Part shown: positions 21,047 through 31,700 of the stretch, piece after piece | Layout: each line of letters begins with the position of its first letter | Numbering within the stretch: the first letter of the stretch is position 1 | DNA from: Octopus sinensis | Lineage: Eukaryota | DNA: 32,768 nt | NCBI RefSeq assembly: GCF_006345805.1 | Contig: NW_021832767.1 | Coordinates: 1-32,768, forward strand | Direction: 5' to 3' | Notes under the pieces: generated by a model | Database searches by the model: none | Told to the model about the DNA's origin: nothing | The model's input: only the letters and a program-made list of their open reading frames with translations | Translations under genes and position numbers: made by a program

Positions 21047-21429
21047 TGACACATGAGCATGTTTGCTAGAATGATCTTACAGCCAGTTTCATGAAGAGGA
21101 CTTCTCAGATGTGAAGTTAAGCAACTGAGGGACGACACAGTTTCTATGTTTAGCAAGGGCTTTCTTTGCTGTACTTCTCTTTTTATTTGTCCCTAGTTTT
21201 GCTTATTTTCTATAAAATCTTTCCAATTGGTATATACACACGTTCACACACACACACACACACACACAAAAGCAAGCGTGCCTGCGTGTGTATTATTCAG
21301 ATTAATTTGTTTCTTATTTTCCAACATTATTTCAATTCTCCTCAAAATATATTTATCCAGACTTTTACGAGTGTTTAGTATGTCTATTTTTCTCTTCAGT
21401 TTATGTTTGTCATTTTGAGAGTTCAATAA

Positions 21430-21858
21430 ACTTGACCACCTATCAGGAAAATGAGGTTGGAGTGTCAAAGAGGATCGATAGAAGGAGCGCATCCATGAGG
21501 ATTCATGCCAGTTCTTTAGGGAATTGAACCAGCAGATGGGAGGTTCTCATGGTTCCTTTGCGAATCACCTGCACTCGATGGGTAAGGTCCTAAATCTTGT
21601 TGCATGGGTACCATACAGTCTGAACAAAAGAGACACACTCCAGGCTACCCGTGGCAACAGGCCGAGATTTCTTTACCCCATTGTCGCTCTCCAACAGTCT
21701 GCGAGGCGTTTCGTTCAACTCGGCCATGAAGTTGAAAACATGGCTCGATGAATTCTTCGATTGCAAGACCAGGAAATTTCTACCATCCGGGCATTGAGAA
21801 GCTAACAAAATATTGGTAAGGAGTTGTGATCAATGAAGGAGAATATTTTATTGACTGA
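21430..21858 (+). mobile_element. Mariner (DD34D-type) transposase remnant with internal deletion
   Basis: HLHSMGKVLNLVAWVPYSL (WVPHEL motif) joined to the C-terminus LKTWLDEFF...FYH.GIEKLTKYW...INEGEYFID*. Confidence 0.8.
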
Positions 21859-22059
21859 TTTGGTAAAAATTATGGATGAGAAAATATGGATTAGAATAAA
21901 TGGGGGAAAAAATGAAAGGATTTATCTGAGAATGCGATGTGTGTGTCTATGGAAAGATCCTTTAAAAACCTCTTCACAGTGCCTATTGCCCTGATATCGC
22001 CCCTAATGGTCATCACTTATTTAAGCATTTTGAGCTTTTTTTAAGCAATAAAACATTCT

Positions 22060-22450
22060 TAGATACATACATATACACATACATATATACATACACACAT
22101 ACATTTATACATACACACACATATACACATATACACACATAGATAGATAGATAGAATCGAAATGAAAATAATTACTGCTAATATGAAGTAATTGGTTTCA
22201 GTATGAAGTAATTAATGAGTAAATTACTGCTCCCTTTGAAGACCCCTGCCTGCCACCTTTTTTTCTTACCTCAAGTGGGAGATTCATCCGCATTTAACAA
22301 CTGGCAACTCTCTGCTGCTGTCTGCACCTCTCTCTCTCTCTCTCACCCTCTCTCCCTCTCTCACCCCTCTCTCTCTCTCTCTCTCACCCTCTCCCCCTCT
22401 CTCTCCCCCTCACACATACACGCTCAGTATCTCTCTATCACTCTTCTCTC
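22060..22450. repeat. (TACA)n/(GATA)n and (CT)n-rich microsatellites
   Basis: Direct reading. Confidence 0.85.
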
Positions 22451-23722
22451 TCTGTCGCACTCATTCAACCGCAATCACTCTTTTCCTCTATCTCTCTCCG
22501 TCTGTTCGCACACCACATTGACAAGTGTTCACGTATATCTATGTACGTACAGATATATATCTATATGTATAATATCTACTTATGTATGCACACATCTATG
22601 AAAATATGTATGTTGTCTTATTCATTTAGAATAAATTTTGGTCGGCATTCTGCTTGAGGTGGTGAGGAAATCGTCTTGTTTTGGTCATCATTTTTTAAAT
22701 CTTAGGAATATCTTACAGATTTCATCGTTCTGGATATTGTGCTAGAATTAAAGCATTTCCTTCGTCCCCCAATACCCCCAGTTCAGCCATATTTCAGTCT
22801 TAACTGGTTGGTACATATGCTACTACTCAAATAATACAAGGGGTAAGTTTATCCTGGCTAAGGGATTTGCAAACACCTTATCAATCGTTGATAGACTTTC
22901 GCATTCTCTTCTATTTTTCCAGCCACTTTGCTGACCATAAGACTGTTGATTTCTACAACAGAACATGTTCCTTTTTGTTTTTTTGATTCATTATAATATG
23001 TATGTATGTGTATGTATGCATGTATGTACGTAAGCATTGTATGTATGAGTGCATGAATGTATGTATATATACATGCATATATGTATGTATGTGTACATAT
23101 GCACAAATGCCTGTGCGTACGTATGTGTCTAAATGCATGCAAGTATATATCCAGACATTTGTATTTGTGATGTAAATGCTGAGATGTTTGAAAAGAACCC
23201 ATCCTCGCTGCTTTCTTGCTTTGTTTCTTTCCTTCCTGATTTTGCTTCTCACATTCTCACCCTCTCTTCTTCTCTCTCACTCCCTCCATTTTTTGCACAG
23301 ATCTTCGTCATCCTGCTAAATTCCTCATCACCTACAGGGGCATGAATTTCAGTTCCATCGAATGCTTTCCATTTTCTCAACAGACAAAGGCAGGAACAGC
23401 TGAAACTATTTCTTGTAAATATTTACCATCAATATTTCAGACATCTTTTAAAAGACTTCAATGTATGCCAGCAGTTGTTTTATGTGTGTGTGTGTATGTG
23501 TGTGTGTGTATGTTGTTTTAGTGAAGGAAAGAGAGAGAGAGAGAGAGAGAGAGAAAGAAAAAAGAAAGACAGAGAGAAAGAAGACAAAGGAAGAGAGACA
23601 GAGAGGGAGAAAGAAAGAGGGAAATAGACAGATAGAGAAGAAAGAAAATCATAGTGATGGTGCCTGGTTTTATTTTCAGTTTTTGGAAATAACAGAGAAA
23701 TAGAATCTCTCTTATATATATA

Positions 23723-23763
<41 letters not shown>

Positions 23764-24049
23764 ATTTCAACAATTGAGGGTAAAATTAATTAATTAATCA
23801 ATTTCACCAAGTATTCAGTATACAAAGGGACCATTTAAGGCGAATTCAAATTATTACATTATATAAAAGGGCTTAGTAAAATAAATTACTTTGCCGCATA
23901 CTGAACTCATTAGAAATAGCAGCTAAAAAAAACTTTTTTAAAAACTATTTCCAATACTTAAAGAAAACCTCTCTCATATAGTGTTTGCTCAATTCAACTC
24001 ACAAAAGTATGGGGGTAGAGACATTAAAAAATCAAATGCAAAGGTTATT

Positions 24050-24102
24050 TGAGAACATACGTTTCAAGATTAGTCAAAATCGACACTTCTATCATCAGCT
24101 CA
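24050..24102 (-). ncRNA. Type I hammerhead-ribozyme-like motif (copy 1, stem III loop variant GTAT)
   Basis: TGAG-CTGATGA-stemII-GAAA-C-GTAT-GTT-CTCA. Confidence 0.55.
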
Positions 24103-24608
24103 GAACTCCCTGGTTTGGATTTGAAAACACTGAAAGTGGGAGCATACCCTTTCGGCTTGTTATCACTTCTGAAGATCTGCTCAAAACTAACAGTGCCAGC
24201 AAATTCAAATATGCAAGCGAAGAATTTCTGCTCTCCCCTTACCACCAGCGTGGGTTAAAATCAGCAAACACTATGCTTTTTTTGGTAAAATCCGAGGCAT
24301 TATATAGAGAGAGATGAATTATAATTTCAACAATTGAGGGTAAAATTAATTAATTAATCAATTTCACCAAGTATTCAGTATACAAAGGGACCATTTAAGG
24401 CGAATTCAAATTATTACATTATATATAAGGGCTTAGTAAAATAAATTACTTTGCCGCATACTGAACTCATTAGAAATAGCAGCTAAAAAAACTTTTTTAA
24501 AAACTATTTCCAATACTTAAAGAAAACCTCTCTCATATAGTGTTTGCTCAATTCAACTCACAAAAGTATGGGGGTAGAGACATTAAAAAATCAAATGCAA
24601 AGGTTATT

Positions 24609-24661
24609 TGAGAACGTACGTTTCAAGATTAGTCAAAATCGACACTTCTATCATCAGCTCA
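24609..24661 (-). ncRNA. Type I hammerhead-ribozyme-like motif (copy 2)
   Basis: TGAG-CTGATGA-26 nt-GAAA-CGTAC-GTT-CTCA. Confidence 0.6.
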
Positions 24662-25167
24662 GAACTCCCTGGTTTGGATTTGAAAACACTGAAAGTGGGA
24701 GCATACCCTTTCGGCTTGTTATCACTTCTGAAGATCTGCTCAAAACTAACAGTGCCAGCAAATTCAAATATGCAAGCGAAGAATTTCTGCTCTCCCCTTA
24801 CCACCAGCGTGGGTTAAAATCAACAAAAACTATGCTTTTTTCGGTAAAATCCGAGGCATTATATAGAGAGAGATGAATTATAATTTCAACAATTGAGGGT
24901 AAAATTAATTAATTAATCAATTTCACCAAGTATTCAGTATACAAAGGGACCATTTAAGGCGAATTCAAATTATTACATTATATAAAAGGGCTTAGTAAAA
25001 TAAATTACTTTGCCGCATACTGAACTCATTAGAAATAGCAGCTAAAAAAACTTTTTTAAAATCTATTTCCAATACTTAAAGAAAACCTCTCTCATATAGT
25101 GTTTGCTCAATTCAACTCACAAAAGTATGGGGGTAGAGACATTAAAAAATCAAATGCAAAGGTTATT

Positions 25168-25220
25168 TGAGAACGTACGTTTCAAGATTAGTCAAAATCG
25201 ACACTTCTATCATCAGCTCA
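25168..25220 (-). ncRNA. Type I hammerhead-ribozyme-like motif (copy 3)
   Basis: Identical to copy 2. Confidence 0.6.
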
Positions 25221-25549
25221 GAACTCCCTGGTTTGGATTTGAAAACACTGAAAGTGGGAGCATACCCTTTCGGCTGAATACTTGGTGAAATTGATTAATT
25301 AATTAATTTTACCCTCAATTGTTGAAATTATAATTCATCTCTCTCTATATAATGCCTCGGATTTTACCGAAAAAAGCATAGTGTTTGCTGATTTTAACCC
25401 ACGCTGGTGGTAAGGGGAGAGCAGAAATTCTTCGCTTGCATATTTGAATTTTCTGGCACTGTTAGTTTTGAGCAGATCTTCAGAAGTGATAACAAGCCGA
25501 AAGGGTATGCTCCCACTTTCAGTGTTTTCAAATCCAAACCAGGGAGTTC

Positions 25550-25602
25550 TGAGCTGATGATAGAAGTGTCGATTTTGACTAATCTTGAAACGTACGTTCT
25601 CA
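25550..25602 (+). ncRNA. Type I hammerhead-ribozyme-like motif (copy 4)
   Basis: Stem I TGAG (25550-53)/CTCA (25599-602); CTGATGA 25554-60; GAAA 25587-90; palindrome ACGTACGT; GUU triplet 25596-98. Confidence 0.6.
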
Positions 25603-26109
25603 AATAACCTTTGCATTTGATTTTTTAATGTCTCTACCCCCATACTTTTGTGAGTTGAATTGAGCAAACACTATATGAGAGAGGTTTTCTTTAAGTATTG
25701 GAAATAGTTTTTAAAAAAGTTTTTTTTAGCTGCTATTTCTAATGAGTTCAGTATGCGGCAAAGTAATTTATTTTACTAAGCCCTTTTATATAATGTAATA
25801 ATTTGAATTCGCCTTAAATGGTCCCTTTGTATACTGAATACTTGGTGAAATTGATTAATTAATTAATTTTACCCTGAATTGTTGAAATTATAATTCATCT
25901 CTCTCTATATAATGCCTCGGATTTTACCGAAAAAAGCATAGTGTTTGCTGATTTTAACCCACGCTGGTGGTAAGGGGAGAGCAGAAATTCTTCGCTTGCA
26001 TATTTGAATTTGCTGGCACTGTTAGTTTTGAGCAGATCTTCAGAAGTGATAACAAGCCGAAAGGGTATGCTCCCACTTTCAGTGTTTTCAAATCCAAACC
26101 AGGGAGTTC

Positions 26110-26162
26110 TGAGCTGATGATAGAAGTGTCGATTTTGACTAATCTTGAAACGTACGTTCTCA
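26110..26162 (+). ncRNA. Type I hammerhead-ribozyme-like motif (copy 5)
   Basis: Identical to copy 4, 560 bp downstream. Confidence 0.6.
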
Positions 26163-26355
26163 AATAACCTTTGCATTTGATTTTTTAATGTCTCTACCCC
26201 CATACTTTTGTGAGTTGAATTGAGCAAACACTATATGAGAGAGGTTTTCTTTAAGTATTGGAAATAGTTTTTAAAAAAGTTTTTTTAGCTGCTATTTCTA
26301 ATGAGTTCAGTATGCGGCAAAGTAATTTATTTTACTAAGCCTTTTATATAATGTA

Positions 26356-26362
<7 letters not shown>

Positions 26363-26405
<43 letters not shown>

Positions 26406-26461
26406 AGAGAAAATATTTTCCTCAGAGAGTTAAGATCAAGAAAAGAACCTTTATATATTTA

Positions 26462-26523
<62 letters not shown>

Positions 26524-26525
26524 AA
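26363..26525. repeat. (TA)n tracts
   Basis: Direct reading. Confidence 0.9.
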
Positions 26526-26649
26526 AGATATCAGTAAGTAATAGTGAAATGAATTTACAAATGCTGAATGGGGTCAAGGTTTTCCCTGAAATTCCGACGC
26601 TATTTTACAGGAATGCAGGGCAAGGCTTTGTGTGGTTGACTTTTTGTTG

Positions 26650-27080
26650 GTGTGTCATGTTTCGGCCGATATACTCTCCACACTTGATCAGGTGTCTTGA
26701 GGAAATTTCAAATTGGGTTCTCATTTCTGAGGTATTTTTCAATATTGTTATTGATGTTATTCATGTCACTGCCCAGAATCGAACTCTGAACCTTGAGGTT
26801 AGTAGCCTGCACTCTTAACCACTATGCCATTAGAGAGTGAAATTCAGGGCTTATAAATCTAATACTTTCCTATCCTTCCTTAATACCGGTTCCTATATGC
26901 TACTCATATCTGCACTCGGTCTGCTTAGGAGGTTGTTGTGTCCTTGCATATGGGCTCCTTTTTTTAGTTTTCGTATTTTCCAGTGGTGTTCTCTGTCTAA
27001 TATTTTAACTTCGTCCCACAGGGGCAGATGGTCTCCCGCCATATATGTGGTGTGGTGGTTGTCCTTGTCTTGAACTCTGA
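26650..27080 (-). mobile_element. Penelope-like element 3' end (GIY-YIG C-terminus plus 3' region)
   Basis: HLPLWDEVKILDREHHWKIRKLK..HM...LLSR...S.I*EPVL resembles the PLE endonuclease tail (DW..VKIL..E..W..RK..EA.HI); followed by a tRNA-like box and a decayed hammerhead. Confidence 0.7.
26765..26830 (-). promoter_or_regulatory. tRNA-like Pol III promoter (A and B boxes)
   Basis: TGGCATAGTGGTTAAGAG...GAGTTCGATTCTGGGC; acceptor stem incomplete, so not a functional tRNA. Confidence 0.65.
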
Positions 27081-28689
27081 CCATTCTTGCCACAGGACAA
27101 TTTCTGATCAAATACAAAGACAGAAAGATAAACAAAGAGAGAGAGGGGAATTGAAAGGTGTCAATTCTTTGACAATTAGGCACTTTGGCTCTGGTCACAC
27201 CATCATCATCATCATCATCGTCATCATTAAAGCGTGAAAGTGGACAAAACACCAACGCTTATAAATGAAATGGTGTCTCAATTATGTTTTGTGGGACAAA
27301 CAGACAGAATGTCTCTTTTATATATTAAGATATATATCAATCTATCTAACAATGTTCTTCCTGTCAGAGGACAGAGAGAGAAAGAGGTGCTCTGCGATCA
27401 TGCTAGAAATAGAGACCAAGCACTTCCGTGGAGGGATGAATGGCAGGCTGGCTGCATGGATGGATGGATGGTTGGCTGGCTGGCTGGATGTATACATACA
27501 TAAACGCCTGCTGTATGTATATATTGTATACAGTTGTTATTTCGTTCGTCTCTCCATCATTTCTTCTCCAATCCATTTTCCGTTTCGAAAATCTTAGCAT
27601 TTTTCGCTTCCAGGTAAGATTACAATCAAAGGGAGAGAATTCTCCAAATGTAACAGTTTACGTTAAGAGTGATTTCCCTTGACACTAAAAACTCTTCGCG
27701 CTTACAAAATTTTCTTTTCTCTTTCGGAGCAAAATTTCGTTCCATCTTTCTGTCCGTGTGTCGTTCTTTCTGCGTCTATTTATCTGTATCCCTGATTGTG
27801 TGTATTTATATCTCTGTGTCTGTGCATGCATGCATGCCTGTTTGTGTGTCTGTATTTATGTATGTATACATGTATGTGTGTACGTATGTATGTATGCGTA
27901 TGTGTTTGTGTGTGTATGTACATGCATACAAATACTCTTTGGGTCAAAGTGAGAAAGTGGCGAAGATGGTGGGGTTTGGACCGCAGCTGCTGCTGCAACT
28001 ACTAATACTACTCCAACTACTAATACTGCTACTGCTTGTAGTAGTAGTAGTAGTAGCCGCAGCAGCAGCACTATACATGGAGGATATAAACTTGTTTTTC
28101 CCCTGATATCGATGTTATACATTCATGTGTGTGTGTATTTTATTGCGCATTATTCAAATGAAAAGCTGAGGACCGCATCTATTTCATGCCAGTGGATGCG
28201 ACCCTAGTCTGCCTCTTTCAGTTCAAACCAAGAGGGACCGACTGCTTCCACCTTCATCCTTCACGTGCTCTTTTCACATCTTCTTTGCTGTTTCCATGAG
28301 AATTTGGTTTTCTGATTGAGGTTGTTAGCTGCAAGTCAGCCTCTTTAGGCTCGATGACAGGTGGATTGCCATCGGTCAATCTGGTACGGGTAACCCTGCC
28401 AGGAGCTTAAACTCTCACTAACATTTCCTTTTGGGTTATAGACTCATCCCAGCCCTCCTCTGTTGCGACAAGGTAGCGATCGTTCTGTGGTGCTGTGTCC
28501 ATGGTAGTAAAAGATAGTGTTATTACAAGAGGTTCTTTTTTTTCTTTTAATGAAGAGAATCTATGGAAGAAAGAGGTTTTACTAACTGTAGATCCAGAGA
28601 TCAGACACTCTAATTAGAAAGAGTATGGCAGAAGAACCTATTAATGACCTACAAGATAATTAGAAGCGGATATAACATTCTTCAAATTT

Positions 28690-29307
28690 ATGACTAAACA
28701 CGGCATTGTTGTTAACAATCGTTGTTGTGACACATCATTTTGCAACAGTGATGCTGAATAATTAAATTCGCTTTTCCACAAAGGGATCATCTCAATCAAT
28801 TCTGTGCAACAATCGATAAAATGAATTTATAGATTCATTTACAAATGGAATGTGTCACACCATCTTAAAAATTCGTGTATTGCGTTCTTTTACACAGATT
28901 AGGAAAAACAAGGGAATATTTTTAAGTAAAAGAATTTATAAAGATGAAGTAGATTTCTTCAGTATTGACTGTAAAGGATCAAGGTTTGTTGGAAGCGCCA
29001 TGAGGGGAGAAAGGAATGAATTGTATGTTGAAGGGTTGTTTATGGTGAATCGAGACAGCTCCCCGGTTGCTCGTTTACAAACAGACGAATGTCCTGTTCA
29101 AGTAAAAGATTTTGATGTCTCTGAGGAAGGAAAGACAGTTGTGTGTGAAAAAGCCAATAATGGAAATGTTAAAATATTCAATGAAGACGGCCAGTTGCTA
29201 TGTCACAGAAATGTTGCAAGTTTAGTTGGTGGTGTGTGTTTTACACAAGAATCACACATAATGGCCACGGTTCCTAAAAGAACAGAAATATTTCAACTGA
29301 ATGGAGA
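28690..29307 (+). pseudogene. Truncated paralogue fragment of the propeller gene, inverted orientation
   Basis: IFLSKRIYKDEVDFFSIDCKGSRFVGS...HIMATVPKRTEIFQLNG aligns to aa ~740-872 of the long ORF; decayed homology (IVVNNR...NSD) further upstream; cut at 29307 by a SINE. Confidence 0.9.
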
Positions 29308-29309
29308 TT

Positions 29310-29355
29310 TTCAGACCATGTGGTTGGGAAGCAAACTTCTTAAAACACAGCCACT
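29310..29355 (-). mobile_element. SINE head fragment (32010 family)
   Basis: ACCATGTGGTTGGGAAGCAAACTTCTT...CACAGCCAC is the reverse complement of the SINE start. Confidence 0.7.
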
Positions 29356-29362
29356 TCGGCGC

Positions 29363-29402
<40 letters not shown>

Positions 29403-29407
<5 letters not shown>

Positions 29408-30859
29408 TAGATATGTTTCGACCAGAGATTGGTCCAGGCCATGTCTAACTTAATAGCACCACCTGATAGGATTATTCGAATCCTGTTTAAGTCAAGTTTT
29501 GTTCACGTAGTGAGTTCTTGTTGGGTGAGTTGTATCTAGTTTTGTTTAAGTAGTGAGTTCTTGTTGGGTGAGTTGTATCCAATTATGGGTGGCTTATCTG
29601 GTATTCTTTGAAGGAATCTATCCAGACTCTGTTTAAAGTTGATGGGATCCTTTTCCTCTTTGATCACCCTCGGGACAATGTTAAATAGGGCAGGCCCTGT
29701 TGAGGAAAAGAAATTATGTTGCAGTGTACATGTATGTTGTGATCTTGAATTGGACAGGGGACGTATAGCCAGTGGTCCAAGACTTGGATGAACCTTGAAG
29801 CTAATGTTTAGGTCATTTGGGCAAAGTTGGCGGTATATTTTCCACATCGTACAAATGATGTACCGCTCACGGCGACGCTGGAGGGAATAAAGTTTCAAGG
29901 CTTTAAGGCGATCCCAATAATCGAGAGCAGCCATGCCTTCAATTTGTTTAGTGAATGCCCTCTGGGGTGACTCAATTCTGGAGATGTTTTGTCTTGTATG
30001 GGGAGACCACAGTGGGCAGCAGTATTCAAGGTGTGGCCGTACAAAGGAGGAAAAAAGTGGTATGATGACACCTTGTTCTCTGGACCGGAAAGTTCTTAAG
30101 ATCCAGGAACTCATCCTACGAGCTATATCGACCTTCTTGTTGATGTGTGCACTCCAACTGAGATCGTCATCAACAATTACACCCAGGTCTCTGATATTGT
30201 TAGAGGCTGTGAGCGGTTCCCCTGAAGGAAGAGAGTATGGTTGTTTTAGTGAGGAATTTCTTCCAAAATGCATCAGCTCAAATTTTCCCTCATTCAGTTG
30301 CATTTTGTTTCTGTCTGTCCATTGACTCACAGCATATAGATCAGACTGGAGTTGAGTTCGGTCTGCTTCTTCATTGACGATTTGCTGGAGCTTAGTGTCA
30401 TCAGCAAATATTTTCACTTTGCAGTAATGCACGACACTGGAAAGGTCGTTTACGTAAATTATGAAGAGTAGCGGACCCAAAACAGTTCCCTGGGGAACAC
30501 CGCTGGTGACTTTTGCTGGGTTTGAGTGGACTCCATCAACTACAACATGTTGTGTTCTATTCGCCAGGAAATACTTAATCCAGTGTAGAACTTTCCCACG
30601 GATTCCAACGTTTGCCAATTTTGAAAGTAGGATGTTATGGTCTACCCTGTCGAACGCTTTACTGAAGTCAAGATATATGACGTCAGAGTTCGAACCTGTT
30701 CCCAAGGCTTTGAGTACATCTTCAATGTGGTGTAAGAGCTGTGGTTAGACAGTCCCTGCCACAGCGAAAGCCATGCTGATTTGCATTTAGGATTTGTGGG
30801 TCTCCAGGAAGTCAGCTATCCTGATCTTAACACTCTTTCAAACACTTTAATGATGTGGG

Positions 30860-30860
<1 letters not shown>
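29403..30860 (-). mobile_element. 5'-truncated CR1-group LINE; 389-codon open RT and thumb region
   Basis: YLDFSKAFDRVDH, SGVPQGTVLGPLLFIIYVND, FADDTKL, RDLGV, RPHLEYC, LYSLQRRRER; (TA)n on both sides. Confidence 0.95.
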
Positions 30861-30931
<71 letters not shown>

Positions 30932-30992
30932 CATATATATACATATATATATATAGATATATATTATATATTATATATATATATATATATAT
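30861..30992. repeat. (TA)n
   Basis: Direct reading. Confidence 0.95.
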
Positions 30993-30997
30993 GTGAA

Positions 30998-31334
30998 GGC
31001 GCATGGCTCAGTGGTTAGAGCGTCGAGCTTACGATCGTGAGGTTGTGAGCTCGAATCCCGGACCAGGCTGCGTGTTGTGTTCTTGAGCAAGGCACTTTAT
31101 TTCACGTTGCCCCAGTTCACTCAGCTGTAGAAATGAGTTGCGACGTCACTGGTGCCAAGCTGTATCGGCCCCTTTGCTTTTTCCTTGGATAACACTGGTG
31201 TCGTGGAGAGGAGAGGCTGGTATGCATGGGCGACTGCTGGTCTTCCATAAACAACCTTGCCCGGACTTGTGTCTAGGAGGGTAACTTTCTAGGTGCAATC
31301 CCATGGTCATTCATGACCGAAGGGGGACTTTACC
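30998..31334 (+). mobile_element. Full-length tRNA-derived SINE with CORE-like domain
   Basis: A-box TGGCTCAGTGG, B-box GAGCTCGAATCCC, CORE-like CTTGAGCAAGGCACTT...CAGTTCACTCAGCTGTAGAAATG. Confidence 0.85.
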
Positions 31335-31357
31335 CTTTATATATATATATATATATA

Positions 31358-31700
31358 TCTTTATATATATAAAACTGAGAATGTGTGTCTGTCTGTCTCT
31401 CTGTGTTTCCCTAAAACTTGAGAACTACACAACCAATTTCATTCAAATTTTATACATGCCTTACTTAGGGTCCATGTAGTTTTATGGGCAAAAAAAAACG
31501 TTCAACTTCTTGCCTAGAATGAGCCCATAGCAATATCATATCTTCTCCACTATTTCAGTATTACGTGTTAAAAGTGAAACAAAAATATTTCTCTATTTTA
31601 TGTCAGATGCTTTCACTTTAACAATAAAAATAATAACAATTGAATTATATGTAGTAAGTAATAATTAAAATCAAACTAAAGTATAATATAATCGTAACAT
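31358..31700 (+). mobile_element. 5' part of a second non-autonomous Helitron; 3' end not found
   Basis: A|TCTTTATATATATAAAACTGAGAATGTGTGTCTGTCTG...CAACCAATTTCATTCAAATTT mirrors the 5' architecture of the 455-1615 element; end coordinate approximate. Confidence 0.55.

Larger units (their letters stand above)
23761..26362. repeat. Array of 559/560-bp near-identical units: 2.7 forward copies, then 1.9 inverted copies; (TA)n on both sides
   Basis: Unit starts at 23761, 24321 and 24880. Inversion junction at 25274-25275. Reverse units end at 25331 and 25891, and the array ends at 26362. Confidence 0.97.

Noticed and set aside
22719-22842. AG...GTAAGT-bounded candidate exon on +
   Set aside because: Stops in all three frames
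24168-24190. CTGAAGA...AAAAC second hammerhead candidate on the forward strand of the unit
   Set aside because: Lacks GAAA and has no supporting stems I/III
23985-26227. Repeated 110-aa, 69-aa and 66-aa ORFs in the tandem units
   Set aside because: Mostly non-ATG starts, overlap on both strands, no recognisable domain; repetition only reflects the DNA repeat
23761-26362. CRISPR-like or rDNA-spacer interpretation of the array
   Set aside because: Units are 560 bp and identical with no variable spacers; no 5S/rRNA/snRNA sequence recognised; eukaryotic context
28200-28505. Minus-strand frame MDTAPQNDRYLVATEEGW... (possible ORF1/gag-like remnant)
   Set aside because: Interrupted by stops and has no motif I can assign
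29933-30748. Plus-strand ORFs of 130 and 95 aa
   Set aside because: Antisense shadows of the CR1-group RT ORF
30998-31070. Possible tRNA gene
   Set aside because: Continues directly into a CORE-like SINE body and the acceptor stem does not close, so it is a SINE head
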